DNA of 64,000 nt, taken from the NCBI GenBank assembly GCA_963838865.1, contig CAWISN010000002.1, positions 251,979 to 315,978 on the forward strand, given 5' to 3'. The notes under the pieces are model-generated. The model saw only the letters and a program-made list of their open reading frames with translations. It did not search any database and had not been told where the DNA came from. Of this stretch, positions 1 through 10,284 are shown piece after piece. The stretch's first letter is position 1. Every line of letters starts with the position of its first letter. This DNA comes from an uncultured Solirubrobacterales bacterium. GTDB taxonomy: Bacteria > Actinomycetota > Thermoleophilia > Solirubrobacterales > Solirubrobacteraceae. Position numbers and translations under genes: made by a program.

Positions 1-455
1 GCGGGGTTCTGATCGACGTCGCCTCCGGCGAGGTCGTCGTTCCCGGGCTCTCGATGCCTCACTCGCCCCGATGGCATAGCGACCGGCTGTGGCTGCTCGA
101 GTCCGGCCGGGGAACCCTGGGCGTGGTCGATCTCCAGTCCGGAACGGTGGAGACCGTGTGCGAGCTTCCGGGATTCACTCGCGGCCTGGCCATGGCCGGA
201 GTTCGGCGTTCGTCGGCCTCTCACAGATCCGGGAGACGGCCACGTTCGGCGACCTGCCCATAACCGAGCGCCTGCAAGATCGCCAGTCCGGGGTCTGGAC
301 GATCGACCTGCGCAGCGGCCAGGTGATCGGCTTCTTGCGCTTCGAGGATCTTGTCCAGGAGATCTTCGACGTCGCGCTACTCCCGGGGACGAGGTATCCC
401 GGAGATCGCCGAGCCGACCGGCTCGGTGACCGATCACACGTACGTGCTGCCCTGA
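1..455 (+). CDS. TIGR03032/DUF4915 family protein, C-terminal part (5' truncated by window, apparent frameshifts)
   Basis: GLSMPHSPRWHSDRLWLLESGRG...LPGFTRGLA then FVGLSQIRE...FLRFEDLVQEIFDV motifs spread over adjacent frames; stop TGA at 453-455. Confidence 0.8.
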
Positions 456-1459
456 AGCCCCGGCTCCGGCGCGAGCACGCCGGGGAAATAATGCACGCGG
501 ACGTGGGCCCCGCGGGGGTTGCTGCCGATGAACAGGAAGTCGGACTCGTGCCAGATGCCCTTGGGAAAGGCCCGCTTTAGCCCCTCGTTCTCGAGTTCGA
601 AGATGATCCCGAGGCCGCGGGGGTCCTCACCGCTCGTGAAGCGCGCCACGATGTGCTCACGCGCGGCCACGATCAGCGCCACCGCCAGATTGGCCTTCCG
701 GTGAGCTGCGGCGACGAACGTCCGGTAGTACCAGAAGTCCGCCCCCAGCTGGTCGTTGAACATCAAAAAGGCGGTGGAGATCCCGGCCAGGGTCCCGTCT
801 GGGGCGACCGCGACCAACAGCAGCTCCTCCAAGCGGCGCTCGGCCTCAGCAGGACTTAGCCCCGCCTCGGTCGTCCACAGCGCAATGACATCCTCAGGTC
901 CGATGCTGCTCGCCTGGCCAAAGGCCTCGAGACGGTAGCCCTCGGGTGTCCACCCGCCTACCGGCTCTGGAACATGCATGCCCGAGACCTCGGAGCTGAA
1001 GTAAGCGATCCTGACCTGTCGCCCGTCCGGCAGGTATCCGGCATGGATCATGCGCGGATCCGCCCATTCTGCCTCCGCAGACACGTGCCGCCGGTCGCCC
1101 TGATCCAGCAGCAGACATAGACCCACCGGCTCATCCCGATCGGTCACGTGTCCGGAATCGAGCGCTTGGAAGGTCGACGAGATGAGTCCGGACAGGCTCT
1201 CCTCGAGCCCTTCGGCCAGCAGACAGCGGAAGACCCAGAATCGCCAGCCCCCGATCAGCTCGACATTGGCCGGGTAGGCCGAGCTGACGCCCGCCACCCG
1301 GCCCTCGTGGCGCAGGACGCATACGACCTCGGCCAGGCGGCGCTCGGCCGCCTCCCCGGAAAAACCAGCCCGGGCCTGCCAGAACTCCAGCACCTCCTCC
1401 CGCAGGTGAGGAGACTGAGCGCTCCCAGCCGACTCGATCTGTGGTCCTGGATTCGCCAC
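434..1459 (-). CDS. hypothetical protein with two tandem GNAT-like repeats
   Basis: Two homologous halves (EEVLEFW..AERRLAEVVCV..AGVSSAY..FWVFR and EDVIALW..AERRLEELLLV..AGISTAF..FWYYR); GTG start 9 nt after TACCAT -10. Confidence 0.6.
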   Translation of the reverse strand: MANPGPQIESAGSAQSPHLREEVLEFWQARAGFSGEAAERRLAEVVCVLRHEGRVAGVSSAYPANVELIGGWRFWVFRCLLAEGLEESLSGLISSTFQALDSGHVTDRDEPVGLCLLLDQGDRRHVSAEAEWADPRMIHAGYLPDGRQVRIAYFSSEVSGMHVPEPVGGWTPEGYRLEAFGQASSIGPEDVIALWTTEAGLSPAEAERRLEELLLVAVAPDGTLAGISTAFLMFNDQLGADFWYYRTFVAAAHRKANLAVALIVAAREHIVARFTSGEDPRGLGIIFELENEGLKRAFPKGIWHESDFLFIGSNPRGAHVRVHYFPGVLAPEPGLQGSTYV

Positions 1460-1595
1460 GAGCGGGCGATGGTAGCCGCCCGCGCGGGGACGCTGTCGGT
1501 CACCTTCACCGTATATAGTGGTCGGCGACGAGGGGCGTGAAGTGGGCCTTAGAGGGGATTTCCGCCTGGGTGCGCAGGTCACATAAGGAGAACGG

Positions 1596-3800
1596 ATGTC
1601 GAACAGATCGTTTCGCAGGGCGCATGCACGGCGTGTAGAGCGCGAAGGACGCCGGGCCCGCGCGCTGGCGCGGCGCGGCCGGTTGTTGGCCGGGAGCACG
1701 CTCATGGCCACCGCGCTGATGACGGCCAGTGCCCAGGCCGCCGACTACGTCGTAACCACCAACACCGACGACCCGAACGGGACGACGTGCCAGCCGTCTC
1801 CCACCGGCACGTGCACCACCCTGCGTGATGCGATCAACTCCGCCAACCAGGACTCGAGCACGGACACGATCACGTTCGAGCCCACGGTGACGGGCGCGAT
1901 CACCCTGAGCAACGGAGCGCTCTATCTCAAGAACGCCAACGGAATCGACATCGAAGGGCCAGGCGCCGGAACCCTCGCGATCTCCGGCGGGAACAGCTCG
2001 CAGATCTTCACGTTCTCCAATGCGGCGCCGGCCTCTCCCACGGCGGTCGACAAGATCGACGGTCTGACCCTGACCAACGGACGGTCCAACGGATCCAACG
2101 ACGGCGGCGCCATCGATGACGTGCACACGACTAGCAGCAGCTCATTCCAGCTCCCCCTTCCCGTCTCGCTCACGGGGGATGTCGTCCGCGACTCGCAGAG
2201 CGGCAAGTACGGTGGGGGAATCGCCACATCGGCGCCGCTGGCGCTCCATCACACCACCGTCACTGGCAACCTGGCCGAAAGGGGTGGTGGTATCGCCGCC
2301 TTCCCAACCGAGGAGTCCTTTGGGAAATACGGCAATTTGGTCACCGTGGATGACGGGAGCGTGATCAGCTACAACCGGGCAACCAGCACCGGCAGCAATA
2401 GCGGAGCCGCCCCCAATGCGGGGGGAGGGGGAATCCTGACCATTGGCGACGTGCTGGACGTGCGCCAGGCCCGGGTCAGCGGAAACCGCAGCGCGACGAC
2501 AGGCGGTGGTATCGCCGTGGCCTCGAAATACGGAGCCGCCATCACGCACTCCACCGTCTCGGGTAACACCGCGATGGCCGGCGGAGGCGTCGAGTTTTAT
2601 GGCTTCAACCTCACAAACTCCGGTCATCAGTACCGCCAGGACAAGTACTCACCCTCCACGGTCGACGCAAGCATCATCAAGGGCAACCACGCTCGCGACG
2701 GTGCGGGCGTTCAGGTGTACACGCTGAACCCCGGGAACCCCTTGACGATTATGGCCAGCACCATCTCTGGCAACAGCGGTGGCCCCGGCTCGTTCGGCGG
2801 CGGAATTGGCGTTACCGGCAACCTGAGGGCGCCCTTCCAGCTCATCGACTCGACGATCGCGCGCAACACCGCCGCATCCGGTGGCGGGGTAAGCCTGGGT
2901 GACGGTTTCAAGCAGCCGCTCACCGCGGTCAACGCCGCAACCGGGAAGCCAGGCTCGGTCAGCCTCGAAAACTCGACGATCGCCGCCAACACCGCAATGA
3001 CCCAGGGAGGCGGGATCTACCTGGGCGAGTACACGCCCAGCGGGGGGTCGAGTCCGCGGAGCGGCGAGGCGAGGCTCAACAGCACGATCGTGGCGGGGAA
3101 CTACGCCGCGAAAGCACCCAACGACCTGGCTCGAGCCACGGGCTCAACGGCTGGCGGATTCAACGCCAACTTCACCCTGATCCAGACTCCTGGCTCGGCG
3201 CCGGTCACCCACCAGGAGCCGAACATCATCGGCAAGAACCCAGACCTAGGACCGCTGGCCAACAACGGCGGCCCGACGATGACGATGCTCCCGCAGGGCA
3301 AGAGCCCGGTCATCGACCAGGGTCACAACTCGCTGGGGCTGACGCTCGATCAGAGGGGCCTGCCGCGGAAGGTCGACACCTCGGTACCCAACCCAACGGG
3401 AGGCGACGGCACCGACATCGGTGCGGTGGAGCTTCAGGCCGGGCAGGTGAAGGCCTCCACCCGGCGCTTCACCGCCCGGGTAGGCAGCCAGACGCTGAGC
3501 GGTCATTCCACGCCGCTGCTCGTGGGTGGGCGGACGCCCGTCAGCTGTCAGGTGAACGTCGGAAAGCTCGCCTCATGCGTCGTTGAGGTGCGATTGGATG
3601 GCTACCTGCTGGCCGCCGGAGGCACCGGCGCAGGCCAGCCGAGCAGCCGGCTGTCGACCACGGTCAAGGCCACTCGGGCCGCCCAGCGCTACCTGACCAA
3701 GCACGATCCGCACGGCGTCGACGCCGAGGCGTACGTGATGAGCGCAGGCGACCAGCTCGTGGCGGTCATCGGCCGGGTGCACCTGGTCGCAGCGAGCTAG
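1596..3800 (+). CDS. secreted CSLREA / choice-of-anchor Q domain beta-helix surface protein
   Basis: RBS AAGGAG; Arg-rich leader plus signal peptide (AQA); CTTLRDAI motif; GGGI repeats; LGPLANNGGPT..SPVIDQG..DQRG..DIGAVE. Confidence 0.85.
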   Translation: MSNRSFRRAHARRVEREGRRARALARRGRLLAGSTLMATALMTASAQAADYVVTTNTDDPNGTTCQPSPTGTCTTLRDAINSANQDSSTDTITFEPTVTGAITLSNGALYLKNANGIDIEGPGAGTLAISGGNSSQIFTFSNAAPASPTAVDKIDGLTLTNGRSNGSNDGGAIDDVHTTSSSSFQLPLPVSLTGDVVRDSQSGKYGGGIATSAPLALHHTTVTGNLAERGGGIAAFPTEESFGKYGNLVTVDDGSVISYNRATSTGSNSGAAPNAGGGGILTIGDVLDVRQARVSGNRSATTGGGIAVASKYGAAITHSTVSGNTAMAGGGVEFYGFNLTNSGHQYRQDKYSPSTVDASIIKGNHARDGAGVQVYTLNPGNPLTIMASTISGNSGGPGSFGGGIGVTGNLRAPFQLIDSTIARNTAASGGGVSLGDGFKQPLTAVNAATGKPGSVSLENSTIAANTAMTQGGGIYLGEYTPSGGSSPRSGEARLNSTIVAGNYAAKAPNDLARATGSTAGGFNANFTLIQTPGSAPVTHQEPNIIGKNPDLGPLANNGGPTMTMLPQGKSPVIDQGHNSLGLTLDQRGLPRKVDTSVPNPTGGDGTDIGAVELQAGQVKASTRRFTARVGSQTLSGHSTPLLVGGRTPVSCQVNVGKLASCVVEVRLDGYLLAAGGTGAGQPSSRLSTTVKATRAAQRYLTKHDPHGVDAEAYVMSAGDQLVAVIGRVHLVAAS

Positions 3801-3842
3801 GCCTCCTAGACCCCGCAACAAAGCATTACCGCTGCCGGGCGG

Positions 3843-5435
3843 CTACCAGTTGCCCGGCAGCGGTGCCACGTGCGTGGCGGCCCAGCAATTGGGGCCAACG
3901 CAGCGCGCCATTCGTCTGAGCTCGGAGGTGAGCTGGGCATGCTGGCCGGCGTTCAAAGAGCCGTAGACGTTGTACAGCTCGAAGGGGTCCCGGCGCAGGT
4001 CGTAGAACTCGTGCTCCCCATCCGCATATTGCACGTATAGGTAGGTGGCGGTGCGGATCGCCTCATACGTGGTCGGATTGCCGCTGGCTGTCTGTTGGTA
4101 GTCGGGGTCGTACACCGAGAGGCTGCTGCCGTGGTGCTCGATCAAGGCCGCGTTGCGCCAGCCAGCCGGGTTCTGCCCCTGCCACAGCTGCAGGAGGCTG
4201 TGCCCGTCTCCGGGCATGTTCGTCCCGGCAATCTGGGCGAATGTCTTGGCCAGGTCGATGTTCTCGGCCACGTCATCGGTGGTCTTTCCGGCGGGCACCC
4301 CCGGCCCGGTGACGACCAGAGGGACGCGGATGTCGCTGTCAAACGCCGTCAGCTTCCCCGGCATCAGGCGGTACTCCCCAGTGTGCAGGCCGTTGTCCGA
4401 GCTGAACACGATGTACGTGTTCGAGGCCAGTCCGTCGCGCTGGAGCGTTCGCTCGATTAGCCCGATCATGCGGTCCACCGCCTGGACCGACTGCGCTCGT
4501 CGCCGGAAGGCACGGTTGATGACAGCTATCTGATGCCTTCTCAGCGGACGGTGCGGTTGCAGCCAACGCGGCGGGTTTGTGGGCAGAACGTCGAAGTTGG
4601 GTGGTCTCGGGGCCTTCAGACCCCGGAAGTCGTGCAGGTCGCGGGGAGCTGGGACGTAGGGCTCATGCGGCGCGAACGTGGCCAGTTCGAGGAAGAACGG
4701 CTGGCGGCGCGTTGCTGCGGCATTGACGAAGTCCACGCCCTTGTGGGCCAGGACGTTGGTCAGATAGTCCTGCGGCTGATGGCCAAAGCGGAAGACCGTG
4801 CCCCCCTGGTTCAGCAGATAGTTGTATTGGTCGTAGCCCCACCCGGCCACCTCCCAGGCGTTCCAGCCGGGCGGGACGTAGTTGGCGTAAGCGGCAGCAA
4901 TATGCGCCTGCACGCCGATGTCCTTGGACGTTTGCAGGTAGCCGTTCAGATACTTACCCATCATCCCGGTGAGGTACCCCGCCCGCTCGAGGGGCAGGGA
5001 GAACGAACGCTGCTCCTCCCCGCGGGCCTGGAAGACGGCGAACCCCCCATCCGGAGGTCCATTGCTGAACACGTGCGTGTTGTGGGGAAAGTTGCCCGTG
5101 AAGATGGATGCGCGCGAAGGGCAGCAGAGAGAGTCCGAGACAAAGTAGTTCTGGAAGGTGAGCCCATGCCGCTCCATGGCCTGGACGTGCGGCATGAAGC
5201 GGACCAGGTTGCTGGACAGATCGTCTGTCAGCACGAACACGATGTTGGGATGCCCGTGGCTGTGTGAGGCCGGCGGCCCGGACGTGGAAGTCCGCAGGCG
5301 AATGCCGTACTTCTCCGTGCTCGTCGGCGACCCACCTCCGCAGGCGGTCAAGAACAGGCAGCCACAGATCAACGTGAGGCTGGCCAGGGGCCGGGTCCAG
5401 CGATTCGCATGGCACCGGTTCACCCTCGACTGCAT
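3843..5435 (-). CDS. sulfatase (N-acetylglucosamine-6-sulfatase-like), probable lipoprotein
   Basis: PNIVFVLTDD, CCPSRASIFTG formylglycine motif, SDNG; lipobox LTAC. Confidence 0.9.
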   Translation of the reverse strand: MQSRVNRCHANRWTRPLASLTLICGCLFLTACGGGSPTSTEKYGIRLRTSTSGPPASHSHGHPNIVFVLTDDLSSNLVRFMPHVQAMERHGLTFQNYFVSDSLCCPSRASIFTGNFPHNTHVFSNGPPDGGFAVFQARGEEQRSFSLPLERAGYLTGMMGKYLNGYLQTSKDIGVQAHIAAAYANYVPPGWNAWEVAGWGYDQYNYLLNQGGTVFRFGHQPQDYLTNVLAHKGVDFVNAAATRRQPFFLELATFAPHEPYVPAPRDLHDFRGLKAPRPPNFDVLPTNPPRWLQPHRPLRRHQIAVINRAFRRRAQSVQAVDRMIGLIERTLQRDGLASNTYIVFSSDNGLHTGEYRLMPGKLTAFDSDIRVPLVVTGPGVPAGKTTDDVAENIDLAKTFAQIAGTNMPGDGHSLLQLWQGQNPAGWRNAALIEHHGSSLSVYDPDYQQTASGNPTTYEAIRTATYLYVQYADGEHEFYDLRRDPFELYNVYGSLNAGQHAQLTSELRRMARCVGPNCWAATHVAPLPGNW

Positions 5436-5583
5436 GAAGACCTCCAGGGGACAGTTGGCCGGATAGAGGCCGTCAGCCGCCGAAGCTGCGGTGTATCTGA
5501 GCCTCCAGACTCGGCCCAGCATAAGGAACCCGTTTCCTGGGCGAGCCGGTAAGGGCCTTCGCACCCTGGGCGGAGGCCGCCGT

Positions 5584-6684
5584 TCAGGCCGCGTCCCGTT
5601 CCTCCCAGCGCCCTCGGGCCACGGCCTGGAAGTCGGGCCACCCGGATGGCTTGCCGGTGGGACGTCTGACCAGGGCGGGACTGCCCGCAGGCAGGTCGGC
5701 CAGCCGCTCGCTCAGCCCCGATTCTCTGAGATCCTCTCCGACCGTCCGCATGGCGGTCTGGATGACACCATTACGCCGCCGGGGGTTCATCAGGTTGCTC
5801 CCCATGGCGTCCAGATCGCGCACCGTGGGCTGGATCAGGATCACCTCGATCCCGGCGGCTCGAAGCCGCTTGGCCTCGTAACCCAACCGGCGGCCGGCCG
5901 CCTGCCGCATCCGCAGGGCCAGGCGTGCGGCGATCCCCCGCGGCGCGCCGACGTGGAGCGAGGACATCGGATTGAGCGCCAGGACCAGATCCACCGGCTC
6001 CTTGGAAAGCACGTCCAGGTTTGAGGTGGAGTACACGCCTCCGTCGATGTACGGGCGTCCGCCGATCTGCACCGGCCGGTAGAACGCGGGCACCGCGCAG
6101 GAGGCGGCGACCGCGTCTGGCAGCTGGGCGGCCGGAGCACTGGCGCGTCCGAAGGCAACCCGCCTTCCCGTGCGGTAGTCAACCGCCATCGCCCAGTAAT
6201 TAGGGTGGGGTGCCCAAGGCTCGGCGCAAGCCCGGCGGATCGTGTCCTTAAGTGGCTCGGTGGAAAGGAGGCCGCGAGGCAGCCAGCCCGAGATCACAGC
6301 CATCGGGGAGTACCGGTAGGGACGGGCCAGGGAGGCCAGGGCCAGGCGCCAGGACCCCGGACCCAAGGCCAGGCCGGCCCGGTCGAGCCGGTAGGTGGCG
6401 CCGGCCGCGCGATCTGCTGTCGAGGCCCGCTCCCCGCGCGCGTCGGTCAGACCCTCGAGGTCCTCGCCAGAGGAGTGGGCCGCCATGAACCAGGGTGGAA
6501 CGCCACAGGCCAGCAGGGCCCCGATCATGGATCCGGCGGAGGTCCCCACGATGTAGTCGGCGCTGCCGGGGTCCCAACCGGTCTCGCTGGCGATCGCGTG
6601 CAAGGCGCCGACCAGCCAGGCTCCCCCGAGGACACCCCCGGCCCCCAGCACCAGGCCAACTCTGGTCGATTTCTCGTTACTCAT
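5584..6684 (-). CDS. patatin-like phospholipase
   Basis: GAGGVLG, GTSAG and DGG motifs. Confidence 0.9.
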   Translation of the reverse strand: MSNEKSTRVGLVLGAGGVLGGAWLVGALHAIASETGWDPGSADYIVGTSAGSMIGALLACGVPPWFMAAHSSGEDLEGLTDARGERASTADRAAGATYRLDRAGLALGPGSWRLALASLARPYRYSPMAVISGWLPRGLLSTEPLKDTIRRACAEPWAPHPNYWAMAVDYRTGRRVAFGRASAPAAQLPDAVAASCAVPAFYRPVQIGGRPYIDGGVYSTSNLDVLSKEPVDLVLALNPMSSLHVGAPRGIAARLALRMRQAAGRRLGYEAKRLRAAGIEVILIQPTVRDLDAMGSNLMNPRRRNGVIQTAMRTVGEDLRESGLSERLADLPAGSPALVRRPTGKPSGWPDFQAVARGRWEERDAA

Positions 6685-6870
6685 AGCTTGACGTCCCCTC
6701 CTGTGGGCTTGAGGCTACGCAAGACGGCGGCGGGTTGCGGCGCCAGGATGAATGCTCCGCAGGCGCGGCGGGTATGCCCCGCCCGGAAAGCGAATCAGGC
6801 GGAGGTGAAGCCGGTGGCAGGTGAAGCTGGACCCCCGCCCGTGGGCGGGACGGCACGCATCACGGGTCCC

Positions 6871-7737
6871 ATGGCGGCGTACGCCCGCATGCTCGCGGCG
6901 GCAGCGGAAGACGTGGCCGACACCGTGCGGCGCCGTTCCAGCGCCGACCCGTTTGCTTTGCGGGATCCCGCCTACATCCAGCAGACCCTGCCCGCGCTGC
7001 GGCTGGCCTCCGAGCTCTACTTCCGGGCGGATGTGCGCGGCCTGGAAAAGATCCCGGCCGAGGGCCCGGTTCTGCTCGTGGGCAATCACTCGGGTGGAAC
7101 GATGATCGCCGACACGTTCGTCTTCGCCCAGGCTTTCTATGACCACTTCGGGAGCAGCCGCCGCTTCTACCAGCTGGCGCACGACCTCGTGTTCAAGATG
7201 CCGGGCCTCAGGACGCTCGTGCAGCGATACGGGACGGTGCCGGCCTCCCCGCAGAACATGGCGCAGGCGCTGGAGCGCGATGCGGCCCTGCTCGTGTACC
7301 CGGGGGGCGACCAGGAGACCTTCCGGCCGACTTGGGAGTCAGACCAGATTGACTTCGCCGGCCGCAGCGGGTTCGTTCGGCTGGCCCTGGAGCATGGCGT
7401 GCCCGTCGTCCCCGTGGTATCGATCGGTGGCCAGGAGACCGCGCTCTTCTTGGGCCGCGGCAGGCGGGTGGCGCGGACACTCCGTTTGGACAAGCTGATG
7501 CGCCTCACCGTCGTGCCGCCCGTGCTCGGGCCGCCGCTCGGGGTGACAGTTCTTGACCTCCCGCTGCGCGTCCCGCTGCCGGCCAAGATCTCGATCCGTG
7601 TCCTGAAGCCGATCGACCTGCGAAAGCGCCTTGGTCGCAGCCCTGATCCCGAGGAGGGCTACGAGCTCGTCACCTCCACCATGCAGCGGACGCTGACCCG
7701 GCTCAGCCATGACCGGTCGCTGCCGGTGGTGGGCTGA
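6871..7737 (+). CDS. lysophospholipid / diacylglycerol acyltransferase family protein
   Basis: NHSGG...D and VYPGG motifs; start uncertain. Confidence 0.85.
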   Translation: MAAYARMLAAAAEDVADTVRRRSSADPFALRDPAYIQQTLPALRLASELYFRADVRGLEKIPAEGPVLLVGNHSGGTMIADTFVFAQAFYDHFGSSRRFYQLAHDLVFKMPGLRTLVQRYGTVPASPQNMAQALERDAALLVYPGGDQETFRPTWESDQIDFAGRSGFVRLALEHGVPVVPVVSIGGQETALFLGRGRRVARTLRLDKLMRLTVVPPVLGPPLGVTVLDLPLRVPLPAKISIRVLKPIDLRKRLGRSPDPEEGYELVTSTMQRTLTRLSHDRSLPVVG

Positions 7738-7750
7738 GCTTGACGGCAGC

Positions 7751-7767
7751 TCAGTAGTTCTCCGCAG
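7751..7767 (-). promoter_or_regulatory. candidate regulator binding site, copy 1
   Basis: CTGCGGAGAACTACTGA on the minus strand; ends about 45 nt before -10 TATTCT at 7812-7817. Confidence 0.45.
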
Positions 7768-7823
7768 CCCATCGGCGGACCTCTGCTGCTGCTGAGGTAA
7801 GGAGGGGCACCTATTCTCGGGCC

Positions 7824-8264
7824 ATGCTGCCCTCCCCGACCACTGCTCCGGAGATGCTCGAGCTCTCCCGCGAGCAGTGCCTGGAACTGCTGGCCGGCCA
7901 GAACTTTGGCCGGCTGGCCGTGGCAATGGGCGATGGCGCACCGGTTATCCGGCCGGTCAACTACGTCTTTGATCTCTCATCGCAGTCGGTGGCCCTCCGA
8001 ACCGCCACGGGCTCGAAGCTCCACGCCCTCCTCCACGGCGCGCGAGCGGCATTCGAAATCGATGGCATCGACCCTGGCGCGCGCACCGGGTGGAGCGTGA
8101 TCATCGAAGGGGTGGCCACGGAGGTCACGAGGCCCATGGATCTGGCCCACCTCAATCAGCTCGCCCTCCACCCGTGGGCGCCGGGATCCAAGCCGCATTG
8201 GGTGCGGATCCGGGCTGCGACCGTGTCCGGCCGCCGCCTTGTGCATGGAGCCCAGTTGCCATGA
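7824..8264 (+). CDS. pyridoxamine 5'-phosphate oxidase family protein
   Basis: ELSREQCLELL..GRLAV..PVNY..FEIDG..GWSVIIEG..PWAPG. Confidence 0.85.
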   Translation: MLPSPTTAPEMLELSREQCLELLAGQNFGRLAVAMGDGAPVIRPVNYVFDLSSQSVALRTATGSKLHALLHGARAAFEIDGIDPGARTGWSVIIEGVATEVTRPMDLAHLNQLALHPWAPGSKPHWVRIRAATVSGRRLVHGAQLP

Positions 8265-9403
8265 CTCCGCACCAGGATCCATACAAGGTCCTCATTGTGG
8301 GCGGTGGGGTGGCCGGGCTCGAAGCAGCCCTGGCCCTGCGCGAATTGGCGGGCGCTCGTGTCGCGGTCACCATGCTCAGCCCCATGGCCGACTTCGTCTA
8401 CCGACCGCTGCGGGTTCGCGAGCCATTCGGTGAACCCGTCGCCCGGCGTTACGCGCTGGACGAAATCGCTCGCGACGTCGGCTTCGAGCTAACCCAGGAT
8501 GCCTTCAAGTGGCTCGACCCGACCGAGCACACCGTCCACACAGAAGCCGGCGGGAAGCTGACCTACGACGCTCTTCTGCTGGCCCTGGGGGCGCATGCGC
8601 ATCCCCGCTTCCGGCATGCCCTGACGCTCGACGACCAGAGACTCGATGAGCAGCTGCACGGCGTGATCCAGGATGTCGAAGCGGGGTGGATCCACCGGCT
8701 CGCGTTCATCTCTCCCAGCCAAATGCCCTGGCCCTTGCCCTTGTATGAGCTGGCCCTGATGACCGCCCGCCGAAGCTTTGACATGAACGAGACTCTCTCC
8801 GTCACGCTCGTCACACCCGAGGACGCACCGCTGGCGCTGTTCGGGAGCGCCGTCAGCCAGGCTGTCCGCCAGCTGCTCAAACGCCACGGCGTCCTCACGA
8901 TCGGCGCGGCTCACTGTGAGACGCCGCGAGAGGGCGTGGTGACGATTCATCCTGGAGGACGCACGCTGCACGTCGACCGGGTAATCGCGCTCCCCGAGCT
9001 GTTTGGCCCCTCGACTTCCGGCGTGCCCAAGCAGGGCGAGCACGGATTCATTCCGGTTGATCCTCATGGACGGGTCCCCGGGTTGGACTGCGTGTTCGCC
9101 GCTGGTGACGCCACCGCCTTCCCGGTCAAGCACGGCGGGATTGCGGCGCAGCAGGCCGATGTGGCAGCCGAGTCAATCGCCGCGTTGGCCGGCGCCCCGG
9201 TGACCCCGAGCAAATTCACCCCGATGATCTACGGGATCCTGCTCGGAGGTGATCGCCCCCTGTACATGAGCGCGCGCATCACGGGCGGCCACGGATCCAG
9301 CTCGCACGCCAGTGAAACCCCGGAAGGAACCGCGGAGGCAAAGATCATCGCCAGGTATCTCACGCCCTACCTCGCGTCGCGCGATCTCGCCGCGATACGT
9401 TGA
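8261..9403 (+). CDS. FAD-dependent oxidoreductase, sulfide:quinone reductase-like
   Basis: GGGVAGLE, YDALLLALGA, VFAAGDAT..KHGGIA; ATGA overlap with upstream gene. Confidence 0.8.
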   Translation: MTPHQDPYKVLIVGGGVAGLEAALALRELAGARVAVTMLSPMADFVYRPLRVREPFGEPVARRYALDEIARDVGFELTQDAFKWLDPTEHTVHTEAGGKLTYDALLLALGAHAHPRFRHALTLDDQRLDEQLHGVIQDVEAGWIHRLAFISPSQMPWPLPLYELALMTARRSFDMNETLSVTLVTPEDAPLALFGSAVSQAVRQLLKRHGVLTIGAAHCETPREGVVTIHPGGRTLHVDRVIALPELFGPSTSGVPKQGEHGFIPVDPHGRVPGLDCVFAAGDATAFPVKHGGIAAQQADVAAESIAALAGAPVTPSKFTPMIYGILLGGDRPLYMSARITGGHGSSSHASETPEGTAEAKIIARYLTPYLASRDLAAIR

Positions 9404-9408
9404 GCCTC

Positions 9409-10071
9409 ATGTCGGGCAGGCCAGAAGGCAGCGAGACCGCGTCCGCGATCAGGGTGGTGATCGCCGACGATCACGCTGTGGTGCGACGGGGACTGCGCCA
9501 GGTCCTCGACTCCGAGGAGGACCTCGAGGTCGTTGCCGAGGCGTCGACTCTGAGCGACGCCCGCCGCTACATCATCGGACACCACCCCGCTGTGCTGGTC
9601 CTCGACCTCAACCTGCCTGAAGGACTGAGCCTGGATGCCATCCCTGAGCTTCGCGCGGAGTTTCCCGGCACGCAGATCGTCGTCCTCACGATGCAGGACG
9701 AGCCGGCCTACGCCCGCCAGGCGCTCAGCAACGGCGCCCTGGGCTACGTCCTGAAGGAGGCCGCTGAGGCGGAGCTCGTGCAAGCGGTCAGGCGGGCCGC
9801 CGAGGGAGACACATTTCTCAATCCGCGGCTGGGCGCCCGGGTGGCCGCAGCACCGCCGCCTGGACCGCCGGACGGGCTGTCCGAGCGCGAGCTCGAGGTG
9901 CTGCGGATGATCGCCCTGGGTCACACCAACGCCGAAATCGCCGAGCAGCTGTATCTGTCTGTGCGAACGGTGGAGACCCACCGGGCGCATATCCAGCAGA
10001 AGCTCGGCCTCAGTTCGCGGGCCGAGCTCGTGCGCTATGCGCTCGATCACGGACTGCTCACTGCGAGGTAA
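9409..10071 (+). CDS. NarL/LuxR family response regulator
   Basis: IADDHAVVR receiver, VLDLNLP phosphoacceptor, LSERELEVL..LSVRTVETH HTH. Confidence 0.95.
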   Translation: MSGRPEGSETASAIRVVIADDHAVVRRGLRQVLDSEEDLEVVAEASTLSDARRYIIGHHPAVLVLDLNLPEGLSLDAIPELRAEFPGTQIVVLTMQDEPAYARQALSNGALGYVLKEAAEAELVQAVRRAAEGDTFLNPRLGARVAAAPPPGPPDGLSERELEVLRMIALGHTNAEIAEQLYLSVRTVETHRAHIQQKLGLSSRAELVRYALDHGLLTAR

Positions 10072-10081
10072 GGAGCTGGGT

Positions 10082-10253
10082 ATGAGCATGATTCTCGTCT
10101 GCTATGACGGATCACCGGACGCTCGCGCAGCCATCGAGCGGGGAGGAGAACTCTGTCTCCCACGGCGTGATCCAGCACGCCGACCGCCCGGTGATTCTCG
10201 TCCCGTCCCAGGAGGTGGCCGCCGCGCGGGGCGAGCGCCAGCACCGGGGCTAG
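10082..10253 (+). pseudogene. universal stress protein remnant with internal deletion
   Basis: N-terminus MILVCYDGSPDARAAIE joined out of frame to C-terminus SVSHGVIQHADRPVILVP; RBS AAGGAG intact. Confidence 0.75.
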
Positions 10254-10284
10254 CCAGCGCGGCGCGAGCGCTGGCGCGGCCCGA

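Noticed and set aside
9367-10089. Long antisense ORFs (also 14654-15817, 32648-33703, 48748-49788)
   Set aside because: Shadow ORFs of real genes, expected at this GC content.
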